Below are positions 42,242 to 54,890 of a stretch of 64,000 nt of DNA, in pieces; positions within the stretch are counted from its first letter, which is position 1, and the number at the start of each line of letters is the position of its first letter. The notes under the pieces were generated by a model. The model was not told the DNA's origin. It saw only the letters and a list, made by a program, of their open reading frames with translations, and did no database searches. The translations under genes and the position numbers were made by a program. The stretch is from the human T2T-CHM13v2.0 reference genome, Homo sapiens: NCBI RefSeq assembly GCF_009914755.1, contig NC_060935.1; one strand, 5' to 3'.

Positions 42242-44198
42242 TGATGGCAGCAACAGGCCATCCGGAGTGGCCGCTGCCGTCAGCTGGCTGCAGCAAGGAG
42301 GCTGCAGCAGGGAGGCATGGGCAGTGGTGGCAGCAGCTGCAGGTGCAGCAATGGTGGCAGTGGGTCCCCTGTGCCCCATCCCCAACGCAGTTGAATGCAC
42401 TGTCACTATCCACACGTGGCTGGACAGGACCTGCCCCCAGGCCTGGAGCTTCCATGGCTATGGACCCTGGCACTCCGTTATTCCCCTCCTCCATGGCTTC
42501 TGCAGGGAGGGCATGGGGAGGAGGTGAAGCTGGGTCCAGGGGGGTGCAGCACTTCACAGAGCCAGAGGGAGCCAAGGGCAGGGGAGCAGCACAGTCAGGA
42601 ACAGAGGGACAGGCAGAGAGGGTGCCCAGTGAGGACCTGGAGCCTCTGCCCCAGGCTGTGAGGAGGCCCAGCAGGAGCTGCTCCACGGAGGGGGCGGGAG
42701 CCCCTCCCTCCCAGGTGCAGGAACCCTGAGTCTCTGCACTCTCGGGGCCAGGAAGGCCCTCCTGCCCCTGCCAGCTGAGGGGTTCCTGCTCCTGCTTCCT
42801 GACCTCTCCCAACTCCCTGCATTGCTCCGATCTTGAAGTGGGGTTGGGGCCAAGCCCGGTTACTGTCACAGCCCAGAAGTGTGTGCACACTCGAGGCAGC
42901 ACTGGCATGACAACCTCCTGCTGCCTCGGACCCCTCTGGACTCTGGGCACTAGTAAGCAGGAAGGAAGCTGAGGGGGTCTGAGGGCGACTTGGTGCTGGC
43001 CTACAGGTGCCCCTTGGCACAAGCAGCATGAGTGCCATGGATGGAGGCAGGAGGCAGACAGGCTACTGGGCAGAAGGGAACAGGTCCTGGGTGAGGCCCC
43101 ACCTTCAGGTCAGGGAGGGCCTGAAGGCTGGGGTCCAGGCTGCCAGTCCCACAGACTGAAGTGGGAACTTGTGGTGCCTTTTCTAGGCTCGCTCATGGAC
43201 CAGTCAGCCTGCACTTCCTCTTCCCTGAGGCCCATAAAAACCCAGGGCTCAGCCAAAGCTGGACAGATGATGGGACACCCAGCTGCAGAGAGGCACTACT
43301 GTCTCTGCTGAGAACTGAACACTCCTCAGGATGACCAGCTGCGGAGAGGAGCTAAACACTTGTTGGGATGATCTGCCTGCAAAGAGGAGTTACCCTCGCT
43401 GCTTGGAGCCAAACACTCCACAGGACACCTTGGCTGTGGAAAGAGAGCTGCCCCCTGCAGGTCTCCTCTGAGCTGTTCTATCGCTCAATAAAGCTCCTCT
43501 TCCTCTTGCTCACTTTTCACTTGTCTGCATACCTCGTTCTTCCTGGTCCCAGGACAAGAACTCAGACCTGTTGAACGGCAAGGCTAAAAGAGCTATAAAA
43601 AACAGGGTGTGAAACATGCCCATTGTTCACCACATTTCAGGAAAAGAGAGGGAGAGAAGAGCTGTGGCCCTGTGAGGAGCCCTGACCTGGGAGCTCCCTG
43701 AGCCTGGGCTGTGAATCACTCTTTGGGGCCCTGAAGTTCCTGGCATCTCCAAGCTTCTGGGTGCCACTGCATTCTCCAAACTTCTGAGTGCCACTGCATT
43801 CTCCAAGCTTCGGGGTGCCACTGCATTCCCCAGTGCTAGCCGTGGTAGCTGCTTGCTGTGTACCTGGTCCTGCCACAGCCTCACAGATAGCCAGTGTCCG
43901 GGATGGCACCTGGAGCTGTCCAACCCGCTGCAGCAGCCAGCATGTCTGACTGTGCACAGTGGCCAGACCCCACGCTCACTCACACACTCCTTGCTGCTCC
44001 ACGGCTGACTTGCCCTTGACAGGCATAGGATCCAGGCTCTGGACAGGCATGAAATCCAGGCTGGTAGCATGAGCCAAGTGTAGCCTGTCAGGCCAAGTGG
44101 GCAAAATGAGCCCAGTGGGCCTGAGCAAAATTTGGGCAAAGGTACCACCAGCCACAGGACTCTGGCCAGAAAAGCAATACTCCAAGTATCCCGTAACA
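42242..44198 (+). mobile_element. MER52-family ERV1 solo LTR (about 1.96 kb)
   Basis: tgatggcagc...atcccgtaaca termini, 4-bp TSD atag; GC-rich U3, cccataaaaa 43231, aataaa 43487. Confidence 0.88.
43747..43827. repeat. 27-bp x3 tandem repeat inside the MER52 LTR
   Basis: ctccaagcttctgggtgccactgcatt three times with 1-2 changes. Confidence 0.95.
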
Positions 44199-45012
44199 AT
44201 AGGTGTGTGTTTAATATTTTCAGAACCTTTCAATTGTTTTCCAAAATGTTTGGACTATTTTACATTCACATCAGTGGTATAAAGAGCTCAAGCTCCTACA
44301 CATCCTCACCAACTTTTGTAATGGTTACTTTTTAATTTCAGTCATTCTAATAGGCATGTAATAGTATCTCATTATGGTTTTAATTTGCATTTCCTTAGTA
44401 ACTAGTGATGTGGAGCATTTTTCCATGTGTCCACTTGCTATCCATTAACATATTTGGTGAAATATCTGTTCAAATATTTTGTCCATTTTTATTGAGTTAT
44501 TTGTATATCCAGTTTTGAAAGTTCTTTCATATCAGCGATACAAGTTCTTTATCAGGTGTATGATTTTCAAATATTTTCATTATTTCTGTCTCTTATATTT
44601 TCATCTTCTTAACAGTATCCTTTGAAAAACAGAAGTTTTAAATTTTTACTAAATTTTATTTAAGTTTTTTCTTTTATGGATAATTTTGGTGTTATTGAAA
44701 ATATGAAATCTTTGCCTAAGGCCACAAAGATTTTCTCCTGTAGCAGCTTCCAGAGGTTTTTAATTTGTGGTTTTATATTTAGGACTATAATCCATTTTGA
44801 AGTAGTATTATACATTTTGGAAGGTAGGGATCAAAGATCTTTTTTATATAAATATACATTTAATTACCTTGCAACTACATTAAAAAAATCGATCATTTAT
44901 TTGAAGTTCTATTTTTAGGCTGTTTATTCTGTTCCATTTATCTATTTGTCTGTCTCGGTGCCAACACCTTACTTTGTTGATTACTGCTGCTTAATAATAA
45001 ATCTTAGGCTGA

Positions 45013-45471
<459 letters not shown>

Positions 45472-45499
45472 TAGAACTGGCATTATTTCTTGCTGAGAC

Positions 45500-45850
45500 A
45501 GCAAGGCTTTATTGTCCATTGTCACAGTGCAGCACTGAGTTCAGTGTAAAGTTCCCTAGTCACTGTGCTCTCCTTCCCCAAAGTGCATAGATTCTCTATA
45601 TCTGCGCCCTATGTCTGCTGCCGGGGAATGGGGGAGGGGTGGCATCAGTGATTCAAGACTGTCTCTCCTGCTCTCCTCAAAGCCTCCCTCAGCAATATAA
45701 AGTTAAAACCAGGTACTGTTATTGCTCACCTGATTTTTGGTTCTTGTGATGGTGTTTGTCTGTATGTAGATAGTCATTAAAATTTGGTGTTCCAGCAAAG
45801 ATGGGGGAGGGACAAACAGTGTAAGCTTCCATTCCACCATCTTGCTCCCA
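45500..45850 (-). mobile_element. Isolated 5'UTR of a younger L1 (L1M1/L1MA-type)
   Basis: reverse reads gagcaagatggtggaatggaagc...aagaaccaaaaatcaggtgagcaataacagtacctggttttaac. Confidence 0.8.
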
Positions 45851-46059
45851 GAAGAAATTTTCATTGACTGGAAAATTCTAAGTTGACATTTAAAAATTTT
45901 CTTTATCTCAAAAATGTGTATTACTGCCTTCTAGCTTGCATTGTTTCTAACAAGAAATCTGCTGTCATTCTTTTTTTCCTCTATTTGTAGCAGGTCCTTT
46001 TTTCTCTGGGGTCTTTTAAAATTCTTTATCACTGGTTTTAAGCAATTTTATAATGATGT

Positions 46060-46768
46060 TGAGAGGTGAAGCCAGCTGGACTTCCTTCGAGTGGGGACTT
46101 GGAAAACTTTTCTGTCTAGCTGGAGGATTGTAAACGCACCAATCAGCACTCTGTAAAAACGCACCAATCAGCGCTCTGTGTCTAGCTAAAGGATTGTAAA
46201 TACACCAATCAGCACTCTGTAAAATGGACCAATCAGCTCTCTGTAAAATGGACCAATCAGCTCTCTGTAAAATGGACCAATCAGCAGGATGTGGGTGGGG
46301 CCAAATAAGGTAATAAAAGCTGGCCACCCGAGTAAGCAGCGGCAACTCACTTGGGTTCCTTTCTGTGCTGTGGAAGCTTTGTTTTCTCGTTCTTCACAGT
46401 AATTCTTGCTGCTGCCCACTCTTTGGGTCTGCACTACTTTTATGAGCTGTAACACTCACCACGAGGGTATGTGGCTTCATTCCTGAATCAGCGAGACCAC
46501 GAACCCACCAGGAGGAACAAACAACTCTGGACATGCCACTTATGAGAGCTGTAACACTCACTGCGAATGTCTGTGGCTTCACTCCTGAAGTCAGCGAGAC
46601 CATGAACCCACTGGAAGGAAGAAACTCCAGACACATGTGAACATCTGAAGGAACAAACTCTGGACACACCATCTTTATGAACGGTAACAGTCACTGCAAA
46701 GGTCCCTGGCTTCATTCTTGAAGTCAGCAAGACCAAGAATCCACCGGAAGGAACCAATTCCAGACACA
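46060..46768 (+). mobile_element. LTR12-family (ERV9) solo LTR
   Basis: tgagaggtgaagccagctgg...ggaaccaattccagacaca, 4-bp TSD atgt, repeated ccaatcagc and gctgtaacactcac units. Confidence 0.95.
46139..46318 (+). promoter_or_regulatory. LTR12 U3 promoter: six CCAAT boxes, GT/GC box, TATA-like element
   Basis: CCAAT at 46139, 46164, 46205, 46229, 46253, 46277; gggtgggg ~46293; aataaaa ~46312. Confidence 0.65.
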
Positions 46769-48129
46769 ATGTGACTTGATGTAGTTTTCTTTGTTTCTTA
46801 AGTTTCAGGTTGGTTGTGCTTCATGGATCTGTGAGTTTAACGTTGTATTCAAATTTGAAATTTTGCTTTATTTAAATACTGCAAATAATTTTATGTCTCC
46901 TCTCGCTCCCTTTGATAAATACTATTATATATATATTGGGCTGCTTTAAGTTGTCCCATAACACACTAATTCCCTTTTCATTTTTCTTCAGTCATTCTTT
47001 TCTCTTTGTGTTTTACTATGGATATTTTCTATTGCTGTGCCATTAAGTACGCTAATTGTTTCTTCCACAATGTTTGACCTACCATTAATTTCATTCAATG
47101 TATTTTTCATCTTAGACATTATGGTTTTTGTCTCTAGAAGTTTGATTTACATCTTTTAAAAATATATTTTATATCTCTAGTAAACATGCTCAATCTTTCC
47201 TTTCACTTCTTGAACACGTGAAATGTTTAATTGTCCTTTTCAGTTAATTCAATCGGGCAATTTTTTTCCTGGCCTTGGATAGTTTCCTCACAGGGTTTTA
47301 CTTTTAAGTTCTTAGCTGAACACATTAGGAGGACCTTGTGCCTGTCTCTGGAGTAATTTCTCTTTACAAGCTTCTCATCTCTTGCACTCTGCTCTGTGAG
47401 TTAGTTGCTTTGCCTTATTCAGACTCCCAGCTCTGTCTCCTCAGCTGTGGTAGTCTGCCTTAATTCACCCTTTCTGCAGTCAGGCCTAAAAACTATTCTG
47501 AGACATTAATCTGAGTGAATTACAGGATTCATCACATTTGTTTTGCCTCTCTCATGGAAAACTATCTCTTGTTGCCTGAGAGCCAAAGTCTTGAAAGACA
47601 TTGTTTCATATAGTTTGTTCAGTTCATTTAGTTATTTCATCTGGGAGGGTAAGGCCAGTCTGGGTACTCCCATCTTGGCCAGAAGCAAATCAATCATTTT
47701 GGAATTTGATTTTTTTATCTCCTTAGATTCAGTTTATCTTAAGCCAGCTAATGAATAGACCATTTGTCTCCTCTGTCATCTGCCTTAAGAGAAGAATGCT
47801 TGCCTCCCCAAAGATATGGTCCCCATTTAGTATATATTAAAGGTGGAGAAGAGTGTGAATGTTACTTAGTTATATTTTAAATTCAGTGTAATTCAAAAGA
47901 TTGAAGTCTGTGTTTTAAATTATATAATTCCAGTAACTAAAAGGAGAGAGAAAAAAAGATTGATTGGAAATGTTCCCTTATAGAAGGTATTTCCAAATTC
48001 GTATGCAACATACAAAATCACATATAAAGACATATAAATAAGACAGGATGCATCATTATAAAATTACAAAGGTGGTACTAAACAGTTTCTTAAGAAGGAC
48101 AAATATCTTCTTGGAGGAAAAATTAAGAA

Positions 48130-48880
48130 AACCATTTCAAAAGCATCCACAAATTTCTATTACCACATCTATTAACCTGCCTATTTCTATATCCAGATAT
48201 TCTGGCTTCTTTTGTATTACTGTTAATGATCTTTCAGTGACCTAAAAAAACCTCCAGACACCCCTATTTGCATATCCCCTTCTTTCTATTCATCAACATT
48301 GACCCAGACAGTCTCCTTTTAATCTCCTGCATCGAGATTTTTCTTTTCTTTGTTTTATTCCTCCTGTGTCTTTTTCATCAGCTTACAGGCTTGCTTTTAT
48401 TACCCCCATCTTAACAAAACAACAAAACTCTTGACAATAACTTCTTTTTTTATGTACCAGTGCATTTCTCACCTTCCTCACGAGGCCAAACTCATTACTT
48501 TCTCCAATATCTGTCCAAGATCCTCTCTGGAGTTTTACTCTAATCTGGCTCTCAACCTCTACAGCTTTACCCAAACTGCTGTTATCAAGATTACAAACAT
48601 CTTTGTTTTGCTAAATCTAAGTTTTTCATCCTCATCTTCCATGAACTAACAACAGTATTTCATACACTTGATCACTGATCTCTTCAAGAAAAAACAAAAG
48701 CAAACAAAAACGTCTTTTCTGAACAGAAATTACCCCACAGGCTTTTTCTTATCATTTTGGGTTAATTTTGTTTTTTCTTCTTTATCAGTTTTTCCACACC
48801 TCTGAAGCTTTTAACGTTAGAAGACTTGGTCTTTGGATCACTATTCTTCTCTTGCTATATTCTTTTTCTCAATTATCTCA
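48130..48880 (+). mobile_element. L2 relic
   Basis: caaactgctgttatcaagattacaaacatctttgttttgctaaatc...acacttgatcact. Confidence 0.65.
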
Positions 48881-49699
48881 TTCCTTATCATAATAATATA
48901 ATAGTTTGCTGTTAATGTTTCTTTTAAGTGCAGCACATTCACTTGACTTCTTGAACTATCTCTTTCATAGCACCCATAGTATATTTTATAATATAAATCA
49001 TGAGACGTATAAAAATAATAAGACATTAAATTTTAGCCTCCTTTTATATTTGTTACATAGGATTATATATATAAATTTTATCTATTTGTACACATAAAAA
49101 GAGCCTGTGTCTGAACTGGTAATTCTTCCAGTTGATGTTCATTCCTGGCTTTCAGCTATTTTCTATTTGTTTTTAAGTAATTAAGACAATTATTTTAATC
49201 AGTGCAAACTGCTTCCAGGCCCTACTGCTTCTATAGCTTTTCAAAATCTACAACTTGTTTTATTTGTGTAAGGCCCAGATAAAGCATATTGCTTGCCTTC
49301 TTTTCCTGTTTCTTTCTGTTTCTATTTTGCTTTATTTAAAATGTTAGCTAAAAATACATCTTTATTATTAACATACATTTCCAAATTTATCTCTTCCTAC
49401 ATGATTTCTTCCTGCATTTAACTTTGCCATACTGTTAGGAAGGTGACAGCATAAATCACTTATGAAATAAGCCTTCCATGATGATGACATCCACATGGTA
49501 TTTTAAAGTAGAATTTGTAAGTCTGATGGCAAATTTAAAACCTTGGCATCATAAGTGGGTTCTTCTTCCTTGGTTTTGCCAGCAATAACAGCTTAACTTT
49601 TCAGATCACTTTCTATTACCGATAAAAATATTAACCCAAACTAAACCTAAGAAAAGTGTATTGTTATGAGCCAGTGTTCACTTAGCATTCTAGAAGACA

Positions 49700-52133
49700 G
49701 AAATAAATAATAAACTAGTCAAATAAATAAATTTATAGAATGCTGCATTGTAATATGTGATAAGGAAAAATTAAAGCAAAGGAAACAAATGAGGATTATT
49801 TTGAGGAGGGAGGCAGTTTGAGTTAGTAAAGTCAAGGATGGCCTTAGGTGATGTAAATAGCCTAGAGAAGGCAAGGGAGAAAGCCATGTAGTGATCCGTG
49901 GAAGCAATGAACACTCAGAAGGAATAGTAAGTGTGAAGGTGCTTAACTGGCATATTTAGAGGACAGCAGGGGACTTACTTGGTTGGAGATGAGTAACTTA
50001 GAGCAGGGGTTCCCACCTCCCAGGCTTCAGACCAGTACCAGTCCATGGCCTGTTAGAAACAGGGCCACACAGTAGGAGGTGAGTAGCAGGCCAGCAAGCA
50101 TTACCACCTGAGCTCAGCCTCCTATCAGATCAGCTGCAGCATTAGATTCTCTTAGGAGAGCAAACCCTATAGTGAACTGTGCATGTGAGGGATCTAGGTT
50201 GTGTGCTCCTTATGAGAATCTAATGGTAAATGTAATGTGCTTGCATCATCCTGAAATGATCCCCCCCAACCCTCCACCCATCCTCGGTTCCAAAATATCT
50301 GGGGACTTCTGAATTAGCGAATAGTAGGAGATGAGAGCACAGAATAAAATCGGTCTAGAGAAGAAGTACATTGTGTATGCTTTTCAGTACTTACTAAGAA
50401 TTTAGGCTTTTTCTAACAGTCAGTATGAAATCTATTGGGAGGGTTGGAGCAGAGGAGAGATGTAATCTGATTTAGGTTTGAACAAGATCGTTGGATTTTA
50501 TATTGAGAATAGAATATTGGTGGCAGATGATAAGACAAAGGAAACCAGTCAGGATGCTATTGCAATATTGCAGTGAGATATCGTGATGGTTTGAACTAAA
50601 AAGTTAGTGGTGGTGTTGGTGAGGAATGATTCTGGATATGCTGATACATTTGATATGGCGCATTAGAGAAAGGGAGGGTTCAAGGATGACTCTTGAATGA
50701 CTAGAAGAATGGAGTTGTCATTTGCCAAGATAGAAAAAGAAAACAATTTTTGGTCATGTAAATTTGATCTTGAGTAGACAGAAGGTTACATGAGTCTGCA
50801 GTTAATGTGAGCAATGTAAACTTGAGAATAACCATTGTATAGTTTGCATCTAGAGCCATGATTCTGGATTAGGTTACCAAGAAAATGGGCATAAATTGGA
50901 AAGAAAAGAGGTCTAAGCACTAAGCCCTGACATATTCTTACAATAACAAGATGTGAAATAGAAGGAACCAGTTAAAGAGACTGAAAAGGAAAAGCTAGAG
51001 GATAGAAGAAAAACCAGCAAAGTGTTTCAGAAAGAGGGAGCAGATAATAACCAACTGCCTCAAACACTGCATCTAGATCAAGTACAATTATTATTTACAA
51101 GAGAATTTACCCTTGCATTTAGCACTATAGAATTCATCAGTGACCTTAATGAGAGAAGTTTTATGACGTTTTATAAGAGATTAGAATGGATTTAGGATCG
51201 AATAAGAGTAGGAAAATTGGGGAAAGCATAGACAACTTTTTCAAGAGATTTTTCTGTAGAGAGAAGGGAAGAAATGGAGCACCAGATGAAAGAAGTGATA
51301 GCAAAAGAGGATTAAAAAAAAAGATAAAAGCAGTAGCTTGTTTCTTGACTTACAAGAAAGATCCAATAGTGATGGACAAAACTAATGCTGTACTAACAAA
51401 AGAGTATTTGCTAGGGCAGTATCCTTGAGGAGAAGAAGTGTGATTTAGTGCTGAAGTGTAGGGTTACTAGGATCACTGATGTTATATCCATAGAAAGAGA
51501 AGGAGTGGCAGATTCTTGGGCAACAATATAGGCAGGGGTAAAAACGTGGTGGTGGGAATGTCTGGAAGTTCTCTCTTGACTATTTTTACTATTTTTATAG
51601 TAAAATTGGAGGGAAGGTCATCAGCTGAGCATGGCAATGGGGAAAAATGTTGGCATTTGAGAGAAGAGTGTTAAATAGCTATCTAAGAGAGAGGGAGAAC
51701 AAATGAACTAGAAAAATATAGTGGGCATTTATCAAATAGGTTGTTATTTGGATTCGACTTTTGGCTTAGAAAAGTGAATACAGCAAAATAAGAAAGGGGC
51801 AAGGAAGTGGAGAATGTAAAGAAGGTGTGATTATGACTGGCCATGACATTAGATCAAAGTCTAGAGGGAAAAGAAGACTTCAGGGGGTAAGGGAAAGTGA
51901 AACATTGATAAGACAAATTTATGTTACCCAATTGTTTGAATAATTGTTGGAATTAGCTACAGGAAATGAGCTAGATAGGAAGTGGAGTTAAAAAATATGA
52001 TGCTTGAAATTCAGCCAATAGAGAGGTTTTAATTATTGTTAGTTATATAGTAATAGGATGTGCCCATGGGTGGGAGTGGCTGAGTTGGGGTGAAGGAAAA
52101 TGTTATTGGAAGAAAAGTGGTCAAGAAGCTGCA
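49700..52133 (-). mobile_element. Long L2 (3' end back to the endonuclease region)
   Basis: ggagcagaggagagatgtaatctgatttaggttt; tggagttgtcatttgccaagat; cccatgggtgggagtggctgagttggggtgaagga. Confidence 0.82.
50004..50311 (+). mobile_element. MER1 (MER1A/B, Charlie3 derivative), internally deleted
   Basis: caggggttccc...cattagattctcttaggagagcaaaccctat...ggggacttctg; degenerate 8-bp TSD acttagag/aattagcg. Confidence 0.9.
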
Positions 52134-52197
52134 ATTATAATAATATGAATGGTGTCCATAGATATCAGTAGGGATTCTATAAATTGCCTCTTCTCTT

Positions 52198-52982
52198 ACG
52201 CAGTGGTTTAAATGTATGTGTCCCCACAAAATTCATATGCTGGAACTTAGGTTAATGCAACAGTATTAAGAGGTAAGGCCTTTAGGGGGTGATTAAGTCA
52301 TGAGAGTAGGACCCTCATAAATGGGATTCGTGCCTGATATCATTTGGTTGTGTGTCTCCTCCAAATCTCATATTGAAATGTAATCCCCAGTATTGGAGGT
52401 GGGGCCTGGTGAGAGGTAATTGGATGGATCATGGGGCATATTCCTCATGAATGGCTTAGTACCATTCCCTTGGTGATGAGTGAGTTCATGCAAGATGTAG
52501 TTATTTCAAAGTGTGTGGTACCTCCTCTCTCTCTCTCTTGCTCCCATTCTCACCATGTGATGTGCCTGCTCCCATAATGCCTTCTGCCATGATTGTAAGC
52601 TACCTGAGTCCCTCACCAGAAACTGAGCTGATGTTGGTGCCATGCTTGTACAGTCTGCAGAACCTTGAGCCAATGAAACTTTTCTTTATAAATTACCTAG
52701 CCTCAGGTATGTCTTTATAGCAACAGAAGAATGGCCTAACAGAAGCCCTTGTAAAACAGTTTGAGGAAACTAACTTGCCAATTTCCCCTCCCATCCTTCT
52801 CCCATATGACGATACAACATTTGTCTCATTTTCCCTTTTTATCCCTTTTGCTTTTTCATCTCTTCTGCCATGAGAGGACTCAGCAAGAAGCCACACCAGA
52901 CACCAAATATTGGTGCCTTGATCTTGGACTTCTCAGCCTCCAAAGCTGTGAGAAATAAATTTCTGTTGTTTATAAAGTACTC
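52198..52982 (+). mobile_element. MSTD/MLT1A1-like LTR hosting a nested MST
   Basis: ggtttaaatgtatgtgtccccacaaaattcatatg...tgccttgatcttggacttctcagcctccaaagctgtgagaaataaatttc. Confidence 0.8.
52335..52743 (+). mobile_element. MSTB-like solo LTR nested in an older MaLR LTR
   Basis: tgatatcatttggttg...ccaaatctcatattgaaatgtaatcccc...ggcctaacaga. Confidence 0.88.
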
Positions 52983-53009
52983 TTTAATTCCTATTTATAT
53001 GTTACCACA

Positions 53010-53464
53010 TGAAGCCCAGACTTCCCCAGTCATCCCTATTCCTTCAGACTGTAATTTCCATATAGCTCTGTATATTTATTTTTCTGACACCATCTTCCAC
53101 GTTTACCCATCTTCTGAATCTTTCACTGTACTCCCTCTGTAACTTAAAGCTGTCTCTCCTCTGAGGATTATTCCCACATTGGCTTTCTCTCCCATACCTC
53201 TCTTACCTTTAAACCTGGAGGTGAAGATTCCTCATTGCCTCATCCGCATCATTTTCCTGCATTTTCTTACATCATACCAGCTTTGACTCTCATGTCATTA
53301 AACAATACCATCGACACACCTTCCTTGTTTTAGCAATCTTCTGCCCCTACATAAATCTCTCTTATTCCTTGAAGGTTGTGGCTGCATGCACCCTTCCAAT
53401 CACATTGTCAAACTCTATTCCTGTCAAAATTCCTGATAACTTACATATCCTTCAATAATATGGC
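53010..53464 (+). mobile_element. L2 endonuclease-region fragment, opposite in orientation to the adjacent L2
   Basis: ctctcctctgaggat...cctggaggtg...cagctttgactctcatgtcatt...ttcctgtcaaaattcctgataac. Confidence 0.7.
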
Positions 53465-53637
53465 AAGTATTATGTTAGATTGTCATTGGTTTGAGGTGAT
53501 AGAGGTGCTCTATCCCTAGAAAGTCATCAAAGAGACTAGATACCATCTTAAGACATATTTTACACAAAAAAATATGAGTTAGTAGACTGAGAGAAAGGTC
53601 AAGAGTTTTAAAAATAATGTCTATTAAAGATATATGG

Positions 53638-53838
53638 CAATCATTCTCAAGTGGGGACAGTTTTGCCCCCAGGAGACAATTGGCAATGTCTGGAGACATT
53701 TTTGGTTGTTGCAACTGGGGGTGGGGGTGGATGTGCTACTGGCATTTGGCGAGGAGAGGCCAAAGATGCTGCTAAACATCCCCTGCAACAAAGAATTATC
53801 CAGCCCTAAAAGTCTATAGTGCTGGTTGAGAAACCCTG
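53638..53838 (+). mobile_element. MER20
   Basis: ttttgcccccaggagacaattggcaatgtctggagacatttttggttg...gttgagaaaccctg; TSD atatatgg/gtatatgg. Confidence 0.92.
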
Positions 53839-54689
53839 GTATATGGTAATAATTGCTCTTCATTTTAGGATTTCCAATCAGGAAAATGCACTGATTTATC
53901 TGTCTTAAGCACACTAGCAGCTTTTATATAGAATAAGAATACAGTAAAAACTTTTGTAAAAAAAACCTAAAACCTATGGAGGATTACAGGATTTTTGAAA
54001 TATAAAAAGATGAAGTTCACACTGTTAGAGCCTCCATGTTTTTAAAAATTTCCTCCCCCATGAGTACAGAAAGTCTAACTGGGCGTTTTATCTTAAGTTG
54101 AAATGTGGCATGGTCCATGATTTCAAGTTATCATTTTTTATTCACAGCCTAAGGAGCTTTCCTCTTAGACGCTTTACTCCTGGGCTTACATTTGGAAGAA
54201 GCATATTTTCAAACAAATAAAAAAAATCTAGCCTGGTCTTTCAAGCTGCTTTATTTAAAAGCGGATGGAAGGGGTTTGTTAGCCTCATTTATGTCCAATG
54301 GCATTACTCTGCAGAGTGATTGGCTTGAGTTCACTGCCTCTCAGTTATTTATATATGCATTTATTTTAAAAGTATTTATCGAATTCCTACTATATGCTAA
54401 ACAATGTGTTAGCAATGGGGATACTCAGATAAATAGAGAAAGTCCCTGGATTCAAATTTCTTTCCATATGGTCAAGGAGAAAACCATAGAAATTATAATA
54501 ATAATTCAGTAAATTGTTATTTAATGAATTAATTTAATAAATTAAGATAATAAATAATAAAAAGTAGGTAATAACACAAAGGAGTGACTTACAATTCTGT
54601 GTAGTATTGGAAAGTAATTTCAGAAATGTTACAAGATAAAATGCTACTTAAATTGAAATTTATGGGTAAAAAGAAAGAGAAATTTAACA

Positions 54690-54890
54690 TTTGGGGTAGC
54701 CTACCATGTGTCAGACCCTCTACAAAGCACTTTATGAGCTTTTCTCTTTTAATCTTCACAATAACCTTGTATGATACAGTTATTATCCACATTTTGCATT
54801 TGGGAAAACAGAAGCTTCAATAAGTCAGTCAAGGTTACCATGGAAAGAAGTGGTAGAACTGAGACCTGGGTCTACGTCTAACTCCCAATA
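54690..54890 (-). mobile_element. MIR
   Basis: ttaatcttcacaataaccttgtatgatacagttattatccacattttgcatttgggaaaacagaagc. Confidence 0.75.

Noticed and set aside
42092-44233. Long overlapping ORFs (up to 263 aa) on both strands
   Set aside because: They lie almost wholly in the GC-rich MER52 LTR, where stops are rare. They are low-complexity, show no recognisable domain and are open in several frames at once.
46120-46290. Regularly spaced direct repeats superficially like a CRISPR array
   Set aside because: These are the known LTR12 U3 CCAAT repeats in eukaryotic DNA, with no unique spacers and no cas genes.
49476-49529. C/D snoRNA-like layout cca-tg-ATGATGA...CTGA-tgg
   Set aside because: Only 54 nt, a 3-bp stem, no C'/D' boxes and no guide I recognise. 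Expected by chance in 64 kb of AT-rich DNA.
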